The translations under genes were made by a program, and so were the position numbers. From Verrucomicrobiales bacterium (lineage in GTDB: Bacteria > Verrucomicrobiota > Verrucomicrobiia > Verrucomicrobiales > V1-33), in assembly GCA_031411295.1 (NCBI GenBank), contig JANOAV010000204.1:1-64000 (forward strand): a stretch of 64,000 nucleotides of DNA. Reading direction: 5' to 3'. Below, piece after piece: positions 1-10,591 of this stretch (positions are counted from its first letter, which is position 1; every line of letters begins with the position of its first letter). Below the pieces are notes generated by a model. The model did not search any database. It was not told the origin of the DNA and saw only the letters and a list, made by a program, of their open reading frames with translations.

Positions 1-73
1 ATCAACGTTTAATCATTGATCAGCTACTTGAACCACCCTCGAAACCCGCACTGCGTTTCGCGGCGGGATGGAG

Positions 74-133
74 AGAATACCCAGTCCTCTCCCCGGCGCA
101 AGTTTTTTTCGCAGCTTTTTTGATTTATTTTTT
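74..133 (-). promoter_or_regulatory. Sigma70-type promoter firing leftwards out of the window, possibly for a stable-RNA (rRNA) operon
   Basis: Minus strand reads TTGCGC (101-96), a 16-bp spacer, then TATTCT (79-74), preceded by A-tracts (UP-element-like, 102-133). The rRNA assignment is inference. Confidence 0.5.
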
Positions 134-549
134 AGAATGGCCCCCTGTGACCGGATTTCTGCCCAATTTTGATCGCAAAATTAGATGCAGGACTGTCAGC
201 ATCCTTTCTGAATGTTCTTTCTCCTAGGAAATTGTGGTTGCAGGCGTTGGCCGCCCCAGCCCTTGGGAGCCCTCTCGTCCGCCAAGCCACCTTCGCTCTT
301 TGCAGCCCGGCCTTCAGTTGCTGGATGGCGATGCGCAATTGGGTAACGACAGGTCGGCAGGTGCGTGAGGTGTAACTTCATGCGATGGCACTCAAATACC
401 TTCAATCCCTTGGCCACGGTAGGATTGATGATCTGCCACCTGTAGGTTAGTCGCAGAAATGACCGGGCCGATCGATGCATAGTTAGGACCTGTGTTGCGC
501 ACCAATTTCACTTACCCTTTCCCACCGACGTATAATCTATTGGCAGGTC

Positions 550-2180
550 CTCATAATTCGTCAATCCCTGATGGTAGGCGGCATAGACGGCAACTGTATC
601 GGTGCCGTAGCCCCGCGTGGCGTTCCGCTGATTCGCCCTTTGCCCGCTGCCAGCACGTCCTTAAACGCCGCCCTGACATAGACCCGACGGCCCACCAGCA
701 GCAACTTAACGCGACGATCAGTGAAACGTGCGACAGTCCTCCAATCAAGCGATCTGGGTCCGCAAAAGCCATTGTGAAGCATCCTGGGCCACCGCCGCAT
801 CGTCATCCAGCACTCGCCAGGCCGGGCCCTCGGCCCGCACAATCTAGGCAAATACCGCTTCACAGCGTTCTTCGCGATAACGCCGAGAGGTGTGACCCTA
901 TGGACCAGTAATGGATGGGTGGCCCGACATTTGCGGAAGATCTAATGGTGCGCCCAGCCAACGAACGAATCGTCGCGCAGCATCGCCCAGCTATAGACCC
1001 ACTCAAAAACGGACTTTTCGGACAGAATTTTCACTGACCGCATGAGCAGTTTTCTTCGTTTCCAGCTTCCACGCCGCCGCTTCCGCCGGGGACACTGCGC
1101 GCCATTATTCGAGGCATTTTGCCATAGTGACTTCACGAAGTTCATTTGGAAGGCATTGAGCCATCTGCATGGCCATGGGGCCTGGCTACGGGTCTGGAGC
1201 CAGTCCCGAACATCCTCCGGGGCGATGGCAGCCCATTGCTGGATGGCATCCAGGCCAGTCTGATCTCGCCCTTGCAGCATATACATCGGGGTCCCTTGGC
1301 TTTCTCCAAGCGGTGACCAGAAAATGGAGGGCTTATCCATGAGTGGCTCCCTGGAAGTTAGGAATTCCTTGAGAAATCTAGCGTTTGCAGGCTTTGGCAT
1401 GCAACGATGGAATAAATTGTAGGCGGTTCGTTCCAGCACATTTTCCAGCCCAGGCTGTGGATGGTCCACGGCTCATTGGGCGAACTCCTGCCAGTTTCGC
1501 TGGGCCCACTGGTGGCATAGTTGGAGTTTGTCTACGCGGCCTCCTGTGGACACTAAGTTTGCTGACTGGCTTATTGCAGCTGCCCACTCTTTGGGAGTGC
1601 TTGGCTGCCGGGGTGGTCCGGAAGATCGCTTCGCAGTGGCAAAAACCTTCCCCAACTGAAGGTAGTCGCCCGGCATCGTCTTGCGCGCCTTCTCTAACCA
1701 ATTCGCGGCGGCAGTGGGATTCTGCTGTTTCCGTTCGGCTAATAGTGGTGGCAGCAAATCGTCCATCATTTTGGGACCGAAACTACGGGCAATCCGCAGC
1801 GCGCTGGCTGGATTTAGCACCATCACATGCTCAAGCAGCGCCCGTCGGAGCACTCGTTGGCGGCGGGATTCCGGCTCGGCTTGACAGCGCTCGATGAGCG
1901 AAATCGTTTGGGCCGCACTCAGTTTTTCCAAGGTAGCCGCCAGCGTCATAATTGTGATGTTAGCCTCTAGCCCAGGTTCTTCGCTCTGGTAAATTTCGTC
2001 CAGCACGTGCTGTTCTTCAACCTCAGTTAAGACTTTGAGGATGGGTGTGGGGGCCACTCTTGGCTTGCGTGACTCCTCCACTTTTTGCGACGGTGCTTGC
2101 TGATGCTGGCACAGACATCAAAGTCCCGCTGCGCTAAGCACGAGGGACAGGGTGAAAGTGCTCCATTTCAAAGTGCTCAT
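550..2180 (-). pseudogene. Decayed gene for a secreted or membrane-anchored helical-repeat protein
   Basis: ATG at 2180 with a signal-like N-terminus (MSTLKWSTFTLSLVLSAAGL). The frame runs to 942 but is broken by TGA at 2118-2120 and 1473-1475. Trp-rich motifs (NPTAAANWL, SPAEAAAWK) continue in a shifted frame near 1100. The left boundary is approximate. Confidence 0.55.
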
Positions 2181-3258
2181 GGTGAGGTGAGCTTCTTCAC
2201 AGATTCCAATCCGGTGGACCTTGATTTTTGGATAAAATTCCAGCCAAGATGGTGTGTGTTTCATTGGGAAATGCCATCCAGACAAATGGATCCTTTGGTC
2301 ACCAGTAGGTTCTTGCCGCCCGTGGGCAAGCGCAGGGTGAATTGTTGCTTTAACTGACCGATCAAGGCACTCAGCTTTGATTCTAGCTTAGCTGGGCTGG
2401 GGCCATTGGGGTAATGTGCTAGTGGATAGATCGTCCACTCCGTGTTACACTCTAGAAACGTCCGCATCCGTCCAGAGGGCGCTTTTGTGCTCAACCATTG
2501 CAACCCTCAAGGCCCGTCAATGGCCATCCATGCCGCTAAAATTTTCACGGCCAACTCTTCCTGGCAATCTTTTTCTGCCAAACCTAGCCACCAGTCCGCT
2601 CGTATTTTGTAGTTTTCTTGAGCATTAGGCCGTTCGCTGCCACCTTGCCTGATGTTCGGAGGCCGCGCGATCACCTCGGTATAGCTAAGCCGCTGAGCCT
2701 AATCCTGCAATGGCTCCACGAATCGCGTGGCGGCGGCAAAGTCACTCCTACTGAAGCTGGCGAGGATCGAGCGCTGTAACTCATCCCTCAATGCGGGGGA
2801 TGGGATTCGTGGGCCACCTCCGCTAGTAAAGTTAGCTTTTCGCTACTGAGGGGATCTTTTCCCGTGGGATTTGGCCGCTTCACAGATCCAGTTTAAATGG
2901 TGCTTGTTCGCTGCCTCCACTAAGATCTATTGTGCCGGAGGGATTTCGCATTGAGAGCATCCTGAAGCATCAACCATCCTTCAGCAGCTATGAACGCTTT
3001 CCAGTGCGAATTGCAGAATGGCCAGCCATGGTCTGCCGTCTCAGCGCGCACTAGCCAACCGAGAATTTCTGCGGGATGCGTCTTGCTGGCCCTGGGGATG
3101 CGGGAAGCTCATCGTCCCTCAGAGCCAATGCCACTGCCCACCCGAGTCCAGCTAGCGCGACTCCTAACAAGCCAGCCTTCCCATGCGCAAGCCAAGCACC
3201 TAGAAGCAACTGCAACCGAAGTGGCTGGACGGTTTGGTGAGATGTCGGGAAGTGACAT
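2177..3258 (-). pseudogene. Second decayed helical-repeat gene, coupled to the first
   Basis: Fragments such as ELAVKILAAWMAIDGP*GLQWLSTK. Internal TGA at 2507-2509 and 2261-2263. The terminal TGA (2177-2179) overlaps the ATG at 2180 (ATGA). The start is tentative. Confidence 0.45.
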
Positions 3259-3410
3259 GGGAGAAGATACGCCAAGTCTGCGGAAGTCGCATGTTATTTT
3301 CTCGGCAATGCTAGGCGTGGAAATTCCAGCGGTCATACTGCGGCATGCCACCATGCGAACTGCTCCACCTAAGGGCGGTTCACTAACTCAGATCACCGAA
3401 CCGTTTTGGT

Positions 3411-4682
3411 TTACGCCTGCAGCGTCTGCGCGCGGTCCGGGCCGATGCCTACGAGACCGATTTTAGCTCCGGCTAGCTCGGCCAGACGATCGAGGTATTT
3501 CTTCGCGTTCGCGGGGAGATCGGCGTAGTTGCGGATACCGCTGAGATCTTGTTTCCAGCCGGGATGCGTTTCGTAGATCGGCTTGCAGCGTTCCCACGCG
3601 TCCGGATTTGCGGGTGGCGTGGTGACGCGGTGGCCATCGAGTTCGTAGGCGACACAGATGCTGACTTCTTCGAGTTCGTCCAGGCCATCGAGATTGGTCA
3701 CGGCCAGTTCATCGAAGCCGCTGAGGATGGCGGCGTATCGGACCAAGACCATGTCCAACCATCCGCAGCGACGCGCGCGGCCGGTGGTGGCTCCGAATTC
3801 ACGGCCCATGTTATGCAAGCGATCTCCCAGATCGTCGTTTTCGGTGATGAACGGACCGCTGCCGACCCGGGTGGTGTAGGCTTTGCAAACGCCAACGACC
3901 CGGTTGATCGCACGCGGACTGACTCCGGAACCGGTGAGCGCTCCGCCAGCGGTGGTATTAGAAGAGGTAACAAATGGATAAGTGCCGTGGTCGATGTCCA
4001 AGTAGGTGCCTTGAGCGCCTTCAAACAGCAGGGTCTTGCCCTTTTGCAGTTCTTCGTGGACCAGAATCACGGTGTTGGTGACAAACGGCTTCAGCCTTGT
4101 CCAAGCGGCCAAAATGATGGCACCTTCCTTCTCCGCATCCAGTTTTGGCAGGCCCACAGATTCGAAGATGGCATTGCACTCGGCCACACGGGCGGAGAAT
4201 TTCTCGGCAAACTTCACTGGCTCGTCGAGATCAATCAAGCGGAAGCCCCGACGCTCAATCTTGTCAGCATAAGTGGGGCCGATGCCGCGTCCCGTGGTGC
4301 CGATTTTGTCGTTGCCCAGCGCCTTTTCCCGAGCTTGGTCCAGCCCACGGTGATAGGGCATGACGACGTGCGCCCGATCGCTGATTTTCAAATTTTCCGG
4401 AGTCACGGCAATCCCTTGGCCGATCAGGCCATCGATTTCCTGGAGGAGGGAAACAGGATCCATCACCACCCCATTGCCGATGACACAGAGTTTCCCAGGC
4501 CACAGGATTCCGCTGGGAATGAGGTGCAGGACATATTTGTTTCCACTGTAAATGACGGTATGGCCAGCGTTGTTACCCCCTTGAGCGCGCACGACTACGT
4601 CGGTGTTCTCCGTCAGAACATCAACGATTTTACCTTTTCCTTCATCGCCCCACTGGGCGCCTACGATAATGACATTGGACAT
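3411..4682 (-). CDS. purA: Adenylosuccinate synthetase
   Basis: GAQWGDEGKGK, GGNNAGHT, EGAQG, GTYPFVTSS and REFGATTGRARRCGW signatures. Confidence 0.99.
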   Translation of the reverse strand: MSNVIIVGAQWGDEGKGKIVDVLTENTDVVVRAQGGNNAGHTVIYSGNKYVLHLIPSGILWPGKLCVIGNGVVMDPVSLLQEIDGLIGQGIAVTPENLKISDRAHVVMPYHRGLDQAREKALGNDKIGTTGRGIGPTYADKIERRGFRLIDLDEPVKFAEKFSARVAECNAIFESVGLPKLDAEKEGAIILAAWTRLKPFVTNTVILVHEELQKGKTLLFEGAQGTYLDIDHGTYPFVTSSNTTAGGALTGSGVSPRAINRVVGVCKAYTTRVGSGPFITENDDLGDRLHNMGREFGATTGRARRCGWLDMVLVRYAAILSGFDELAVTNLDGLDELEEVSICVAYELDGHRVTTPPANPDAWERCKPIYETHPGWKQDLSGIRNYADLPANAKKYLDRLAELAGAKIGLVGIGPDRAQTLQA

Positions 4683-4802
4683 AATTTTAGAGAATGGGGG
4701 AGGATGAAATTACTAAATTGAGGGAGGGCAAAAGCGCGCGCGTTGCAGGCGAGCGGAACCCGGAGGAGGCGAGACGCGAACGCAGCCGACGGTGATATGA
4801 GA

Positions 4803-4991
4803 TCAATGACCACCCATGGCGGCCATGACAACTGAAGCCAAGCATGCGATGATGCCAAGGATACCCACGAACATGAGGATATTGCCTAGCGTATCCTTCT
4901 TGGCCTTTTTCTTGCTGAAAATGGCTTGATTGGAGAAAGAGGAAGGTGCCCCTTGGCTGCCGTCGTTCGTGGATGTTGTTTCGTGGCTCAC
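4803..4991 (-). CDS. Small membrane protein, hypothetical
   Basis: GTG start at 4991, Lys-rich stretch, then one hydrophobic C-terminal helix. Confidence 0.55.
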   Translation of the reverse strand: MSHETTSTNDGSQGAPSSFSNQAIFSKKKAKKDTLGNILMFVGILGIIACLASVVMAAMGGH

Positions 4992-5116
4992 GTGGAAAAG
5001 GTTTGGAGCAAAGGCTCGGTGTGTAAAGCGAAAATTTTCACTTTCGGACAGACACCCGCCCACCCGCAATCTTTGACCCGCTCCTACTATGAGTGCTACT
5101 AGTTATAATGGGCAGA

Positions 5117-5956
5117 TTATCTGCGGCGGGGGAAGTAGGCGCCGATAAAAACCAACCCTACGAGCAGAAAGCTGGTGGGCTCAGGAATATTGGGCGGCGG
5201 AGTGATCCGTCCGCTGGCCAGAGCGCTGGTAAAGGTGCCCTGGTCCTGCCCGATCACTCCGTAGACTCGGATCTCCAATTGGGATGAGCTGAAACTCAGA
5301 TCGCTGAAGTCGAAAGTATAAACGTCTGTGTCGTTGTCAACGGGTTGGGTGATACGAGGGATAATCGCGTGGCCAAAGTTATCACCGTTCGTGGCCGCCC
5401 AGATCTGCGGCTCGCTGTCGATGTTGTTGAATCCTGTAATGCTCAATTGAGCGCCATCGAAGAGCACCTTGTCCCCGGCATCTGCTTGGGACTTGGGAAT
5501 TCCGATGCTGAAGGCCAAGTATGACGCATTGGTGATGTAGGCGACATTGTTGATTTTGGTGTTGGACTGTAGACTGCCGACGCTCGACGGGGGGAGGCCA
5601 TGTTTGATCAACCATGCCGGCAGCTCAGAGGATTGCGCCACCGCGGCCCGGTCTAGGAGACCAGTCTCGCCAAGTTGGGACGGATCTGAATCGTAATGGC
5701 GGCCATACAAGGAACTCGTGAGCGTGTATTCGGAGTTGCTGGTGGTGACAGGTGCATGGAAGATGGTTGAAATACCGTCCCATTGGCCATTTCCCGGACC
5801 GGACGTCTGTAGATAGGCCAAATCTGCCTCCTTCGTCACTGCGGTCTCAGTGCTGTAGTTAACCGAATAGAGGGTCGCAGCTGTCGCATTTTCGAGCATC
5901 CCTGCGGCAATGATAAGGCAGCCTAGTAGTTTTCTTTTTGATATAATCTTGTCCAT
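5117..5956 (-). CDS. PEP-CTERM sorting domain exoprotein
   Basis: C-terminal IPEPTSFLLVGLVFIGAYFPRRR. A signal peptide follows MDKIISKRK (ATG 5956; the ORF track starts at 6061). Confidence 0.85.
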   Translation of the reverse strand: MDKIISKRKLLGCLIIAAGMLENATAATLYSVNYSTETAVTKEADLAYLQTSGPGNGQWDGISTIFHAPVTTSNSEYTLTSSLYGRHYDSDPSQLGETGLLDRAAVAQSSELPAWLIKHGLPPSSVGSLQSNTKINNVAYITNASYLAFSIGIPKSQADAGDKVLFDGAQLSITGFNNIDSEPQIWAATNGDNFGHAIIPRITQPVDNDTDVYTFDFSDLSFSSSQLEIRVYGVIGQDQGTFTSALASGRITPPPNIPEPTSFLLVGLVFIGAYFPRRR

Positions 5957-6103
5957 GATAAATTTAGTATTTATGGATATTATATTGTTTGGCACCCAGA
6001 TTTGCAAGGCATTATCCACTTTTGTCGCTCTTTCCATAATTTTCGTATTTTCTAAATTCAAGCAAGGCAGGAAATCTGGCCTTTCCCTTTGCGGAAAAAC
6101 CGC

Positions 6104-7333
6104 TCATGACCCTGCTTGCACCACCCGCAGAGGGATGCGCAGGCCAGCGAGCGAGGCTTGGGAAACGCTGACACTGCCGATCCCTTTGGCCAACCGCTCC
6201 ACGGTAGAACGCCCCTCGGGACTGTTGAGCCAGCCCACAACTGCCGCGCCATTGATACTTGCAATGGGCGTTAGAATGGTCAGCCAATCATCGGCTTGCG
6301 CCTCCAAACCTGCTGGCACCAACGCCACGCGTCCGTAACAACGTGCCCCCACCCGGACGAACAGAATTTCCCCCGGTTGCACCACGGATGCTTGGTGAAA
6401 CATGGCCCCACTGCGCGAAATGAAGGCACAATTGGCAGCCAGCCGCAGCGCCCCATCCGGAGCGATATTTTTCGCGCGCAGCAAGAGAAGTCGTTCAGGG
6501 CTCGGCTCCAAAAACAACTCGCGCTGTCCGGCATACTGGGCGCGCCCCCTGCGCAGACGGAACATTTCTCCCAAAGCAATGGTGCCCGCCACTTTCGGGT
6601 CTGGAGCGACGAGCCAGTCCAAGCGATCTTGCAACGAGGCGCGACCCCAGTTCGATTCGAACTTCCGCCACTGCACCAGGGGGAGCGCTGCCACAGCGTC
6701 CATTCGGTCGCACTCCAGCATGGAGGTGGCGGTCCGAAGTGAACGTCTGCCGGGCGACAATTTCTGCGCGATCACGATATAAGTCCTAGCGGAGGTGCCG
6801 CTGAACGCATGGCGGGGCAGTCCCAGGATGACGTTCACCTTCACCTGCCGCAGCAGCCATTGCCGCACGTAGTGGAACCGTCGGTTCCGGAGAATGCCCT
6901 CGGGTAAAATGATCGCCAAGCACCCACCTGGCCTTAAGAGTTGGACGAACAGTTCGAGAAACAATACTTCCAAACATTGAGACGTCCGGCCGACTCCTAA
7001 TTCATACACCGCAAGCACCTCCGGGCGTCGTTCCAGATGGGATTTGGCGCTAAACGGTGGATTTCCGATGGCCAGATCGAAGTTTCCCCATAACGCTCGC
7101 AGAGCAACCAACGCATCGCCCTGAGTAAACTGGCCAGGGGCAGCCATGGCCCCCAAACTAGCGGCATATTGAGGATCCAGTTCACACGCAGTGAGATCGA
7201 ATCGCTTGGGGGCAAATTTCAAAAAGGCGCCGTCACCTGCCGCCGGGTCGATGAGGCGTGGTCCGCAGCGTTTCCCGAGCAAGGCATACATACAGGCCAC
7301 AACTTGCTCTGCCGTAAAGAATTGTCCAATCAT
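6104..7333 (-). CDS. N6-adenine DNA methyltransferase with C-terminal target-recognition domain
   Basis: GQFFT, SAM-binding DPAAGDGAF, catalytic NPPF, ILPEG. The C-terminus resembles a TRD (GEILFVRVG...LAGLRIP). Confidence 0.85.
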   Translation of the reverse strand: MIGQFFTAEQVVACMYALLGKRCGPRLIDPAAGDGAFLKFAPKRFDLTACELDPQYAASLGAMAAPGQFTQGDALVALRALWGNFDLAIGNPPFSAKSHLERRPEVLAVYELGVGRTSQCLEVLFLELFVQLLRPGGCLAIILPEGILRNRRFHYVRQWLLRQVKVNVILGLPRHAFSGTSARTYIVIAQKLSPGRRSLRTATSMLECDRMDAVAALPLVQWRKFESNWGRASLQDRLDWLVAPDPKVAGTIALGEMFRLRRGRAQYAGQRELFLEPSPERLLLLRAKNIAPDGALRLAANCAFISRSGAMFHQASVVQPGEILFVRVGARCYGRVALVPAGLEAQADDWLTILTPIASINGAAVVGWLNSPEGRSTVERLAKGIGSVSVSQASLAGLRIPLRVVQAGS

Positions 7334-7402
7334 GAAAAATGAAAGAAAGTCACGCTCAGAGACTCGTAAAATGGTGACCGGAGGCCATGTGCGATAAAAA
7401 AA

Positions 7403-7473
7403 CTACCTCGCAAGGATTCGAACCTTGTCAAAGGGTACCAAAAACCCTTGTGCTACCGTTACACCACGAGGCA
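7403..7473 (-). tRNA. tRNA-Gln(TTG)
   Basis: TGCCTCGTGGTGTAACGGTAGCAC-A-AGGGT-TTTTGGT-ACCCT...GGTTCGAATCC-TTGCGAGGTAG cloverleaf; CCA not encoded. Confidence 0.95.
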
Positions 7474-7561
7474 ATATCGTCGTTGACTGAGAGGCGAAAA
7501 TAATACGCTGATTGCAGGATGCAAGTGGTGGATGAAAGATTTTTTCAATTTTAAATAAATT

Positions 7562-7999
7562 ATGCACTGGAAACTGATCGTGGTGGGCAAACCGGCCCTG
7601 GATTATGCGGAGCGCGGAGTGGCGGAATACTTCGCGCGCCTCAAACATTATGTGAAAGCAGAGGTCATCTACCTGAAGGATGGCCCACCCGACCTCCTGG
7701 CAGCCCGATTCATCAAGGCTGCGGAAGGGTGTCTGAAGATTGTGCTCGACGAACGGGGCAAACTCCCCACCACAGCGGAATTCCGGGCCCAAGTGGACAA
7801 ATGGGAAATGGGTGGAACCAAGCGCGTAGCCCTGATCATCGGTCCGGCCGACGGGCATACGCCGGAATTTCGCGCCTCCTCAGATTACTTGCTGGCGCTG
7901 AGTAAATTTACCCTGCAACATGAACTGGCCCTGGTGGTTGCGTTAGAACAGATCTATCGCATCTACACCATGAAACGAGGCGAACCCTATCACCGTTAA
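7562..7999 (+). CDS. rlmH: 23S rRNA (pseudouridine1915-N3)-methyltransferase
   Basis: LDERGK, IIGPADG, LSKFTLQHELA, EQIYR...GEPYHR SPOUT motifs. Confidence 0.95.
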   Translation: MHWKLIVVGKPALDYAERGVAEYFARLKHYVKAEVIYLKDGPPDLLAARFIKAAEGCLKIVLDERGKLPTTAEFRAQVDKWEMGGTKRVALIIGPADGHTPEFRASSDYLLALSKFTLQHELALVVALEQIYRIYTMKRGEPYHR

Positions 8000-8009
8000 T
8001 TTCTTACCC

Positions 8010-9425
8010 ATGTCCCACCGCACCGATATCCCCAGCACGCGCGAGAAGGCGCTGCAGCTCAATTTAGACGTCACCAAATACGGCACCTTCGCTGAGATTG
8101 GAGCAGGCCAGGAGACCGCTGGCTGGTTTTTCCGCGTGGGGGGCGCTTCCGGCACGGTGGCCAAGAGTATCTCCGCCTACGACATGCAAATGAGCGATGC
8201 CATTTACGGAACCAGCTCGCGTTATGTCAGCCGAGATCGACTCATGGCCATGCTGGATCATGAATTCCCCCTGCTGCCGGAGCGGTTGAATGAGAAGCGG
8301 GGAAAAGACACCACGTTCTTTGCCTTTGCCAATACGGTCCGCGCACGTTCGTTCCGGGACAAAGACGGCACCGAATGCCACGGCTGGATGGGCATCCGCT
8401 TCATGACGGAAGTGGGTGGGCCTCCGAACGATATCTTGATCCACTGCCGGATGTTCGACCCCTCCAACTTGGAGCAACAACGCCAATTAGGGGTCTTAGG
8501 GGTGAACTTGGTGCACGCGGCATTCTACTATCGGGACAACCTGGAGACGTTTGTGGAGAGCCTGCTGGATGAGCTTTCGCATCGCGTCATGGAAGTGGAC
8601 ATGCTGAAATTTACCGGACCGCATTTCGCGTCCATCGATAATCGGGAGTGCGCTCTGATGCTGGTGGAGAAAGGCCTGACGGACTCCGCCTTCTTTGCTG
8701 CGAATGGCGAGGTGATGCAGGCGTCGGAGAAATTATACAAGCAACCGGTGTTGGTCCTGCGCGGTCGCTTCGACCCCGTGACTTGTGTGGGGTTGGATAT
8801 TTTAAATTCCGCCCGCCTGACCTTTCAGCGCAATCTCGCTTCGCCTGACACGCCATTCGTGGAAGTCATGGAGTTCAGTATGAACAGTTATTTCCAGCCC
8901 GCAGGGGAACTGGGTCACGCGGATTTCCTGCGTCGCGCAGATATCTTGCAGGCGCTAGGAAAGAACGTGTTGATCTCCAAGTTCAACGCGTTCCATCGCT
9001 TGGCAGCCTATCTTAGCCAACAAACCACCGCTCCCATTGCCCTGACGCTGTCCGTGGATGTCTTCGAGAAATTATTCCAGGAAACCTACTCCGAGGACCT
9101 GCCCGGCGGGATTCTGGAAAGCTTCGGGCGACTCTTCAAGAACTCCGTGAAACTTTACACCTATCCGATGTTTGATCGCGAGACTGGCGAGTTCCGTTCG
9201 GCCAAGGAAGCCATGATCCCTCCTCCGTTGCAACACTTGCTGGATTTCCTGCTCGTGAACGGAAAAATTGTGGAGTTGCAGTGCAACTTGCAGCCCGAAG
9301 TCCTGCAACACTGGACCACAGACATCCGCAAGATGATGGATGAGGGCGACGAACACTGGAAGAAGCTCGTCCCCACCGAGTTAGTGCCACTGTATGAAAA
9401 GCAGTTGTCTGAGGCGGCCAAGTAG
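8010..9425 (+). CDS. Conserved cytoplasmic protein, nucleotidyltransferase-like family (often labelled nicotinate-nucleotide adenylyltransferase)
   Basis: Family motifs YGTFAEIGAGQE, GGASGTVAKSISAYDM, HGWMGIRF, LRGRFDPVT. The function is uncertain. Confidence 0.65.
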   Translation: MSHRTDIPSTREKALQLNLDVTKYGTFAEIGAGQETAGWFFRVGGASGTVAKSISAYDMQMSDAIYGTSSRYVSRDRLMAMLDHEFPLLPERLNEKRGKDTTFFAFANTVRARSFRDKDGTECHGWMGIRFMTEVGGPPNDILIHCRMFDPSNLEQQRQLGVLGVNLVHAAFYYRDNLETFVESLLDELSHRVMEVDMLKFTGPHFASIDNRECALMLVEKGLTDSAFFAANGEVMQASEKLYKQPVLVLRGRFDPVTCVGLDILNSARLTFQRNLASPDTPFVEVMEFSMNSYFQPAGELGHADFLRRADILQALGKNVLISKFNAFHRLAAYLSQQTTAPIALTLSVDVFEKLFQETYSEDLPGGILESFGRLFKNSVKLYTYPMFDRETGEFRSAKEAMIPPPLQHLLDFLLVNGKIVELQCNLQPEVLQHWTTDIRKMMDEGDEHWKKLVPTELVPLYEKQLSEAAK

Positions 9426-9432
9426 CCGTCTC

Positions 9433-9614
9433 AAAGTAGCCGTCATCGCTCCGCGTGACGGCATTCGTCAGCTTGCGTTTCCGAACTCACCAAAATCTCC
9501 GCCTGCGCAATTCGTCGAGCGATTAATGGCAGCGAGGTTACCACGCGCTGGTTACAGTCCGCCCGCACCTGGCAAATCGCGCGGGTCATCACGCGGAGCG
9601 ATGATGACTACTTT
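9433..9614. repeat. REPIN-like element with 30-bp imperfect inverted arms
   Basis: 9433-9462 matches the reverse complement of 9585-9614 at 26/30 positions; lies between convergent genes. Confidence 0.8.
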
Positions 9615-9664
9615 GCGTTAGTTGTTTTCTCCGCTCCATCCATTTCCAGGGGTCAATTGGCGCG

Positions 9665-10468
9665 CTATTTCTTGAAGAAGTTAGCCAGTTCCGCCAACTG
9701 ATTTTCCTTGGGTGGACCTTCAGCGGCATTGATGGCCTGGCGCTGCAGTTCACACAACTGAGCGATGCCCTTTTTGCCTAACGTAAGCATGGCAGCCATC
9801 TGTTCTTCGGTGAAGGTGCTTTCCTCACCCGCTCCCTGCACTTCCACGAAAGCTCCAGTCTCCGTCATCACGAAGTTGAAATCCACTTCCGCGTCCTTGT
9901 CTTCCACGTAGTTCAAATCCAGCACTGCCTTGCCATCGTGGATGCCAGCACTCACTGCCGCCACCAACTTCTTCAGCGGATACCGGGAAATTTTCTTGGC
10001 GGCCACTAGTTTGTTAAAGGCAATGGCGCAGGCCACACAGGCTCCGGTTATCGACGCAGTGCGCGTGCCGCCATCAGCTTGGAGCACATCGCAATCCACC
10101 CAGATGGTGCGCGGCCCGAGCGCGTTCAGATCCACTACGGCTCGAAGCGCGCGACCGATCAAACGCTGAATTTCCGTGCTCCGTCCGTCCACTTTGCCCT
10201 TCGAGCTATCGCGCGCTTTGCGCTCCAGGGTGGATCCAGGGAGCATGGAGTATTCGGCGGACAGCCAGCCACCAGAGACGTTCTGATATTTCATCCAGGC
10301 TGGCACCTTCTCCTCGATCATGGCGGTGCAAATAACGCGGGTATCGCCAAAACAACACAGCACCGACCCCGTAGAATTAGGGGCAATGTTGGGGACGAAG
10401 GAAATAGTGCGGAGTTGATCCGGCAGGCGTCCATCGGGACGGGAAAGGTTGGTGATGGGGGTAAGCAT
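9665..10468 (-). CDS. rph: Ribonuclease PH
   Basis: RPDGR, AEYSMLP, EIQRLIGR, DCDVLQADGGTRTASITG, LDLNYVED. Confidence 0.98.
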   Translation of the reverse strand: MLTPITNLSRPDGRLPDQLRTISFVPNIAPNSTGSVLCCFGDTRVICTAMIEEKVPAWMKYQNVSGGWLSAEYSMLPGSTLERKARDSSKGKVDGRSTEIQRLIGRALRAVVDLNALGPRTIWVDCDVLQADGGTRTASITGACVACAIAFNKLVAAKKISRYPLKKLVAAVSAGIHDGKAVLDLNYVEDKDAEVDFNFVMTETGAFVEVQGAGEESTFTEEQMAAMLTLGKKGIAQLCELQRQAINAAEGPPKENQLAELANFFKK

Positions 10469-10591
10469 GGTAATTCTTCTGCCTACCCCAAGGTAGAACC
10501 TACGTCAATCATAGTAACGAATCATCTGGACCTGCAGGCGTGTGACCATCAGTTGCAATCGTGAGACCGCTGGGCCAGACTCGGCTTCACT

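Noticed and set aside
942..2509. TGA recoding (Trp or selenocysteine)
   Set aside because: TGA ends intact genes elsewhere in the window (e.g. 11956, 26114, 42399), and the region also shows frameshifts and other stops, which fits decay
3549..4721. Long antisense or alternative-frame ORFs (also 14342-15322, 37373-38329, 39628-40572, 55130-56287)
   Set aside because: Shadows of well-supported genes in GC-rich DNA, with no recognisable motifs
8010..9425. TonB-dependent receptor, a label often attached to this family
   Set aside because: No signal peptide, no beta-barrel pattern and no C-terminal Phe
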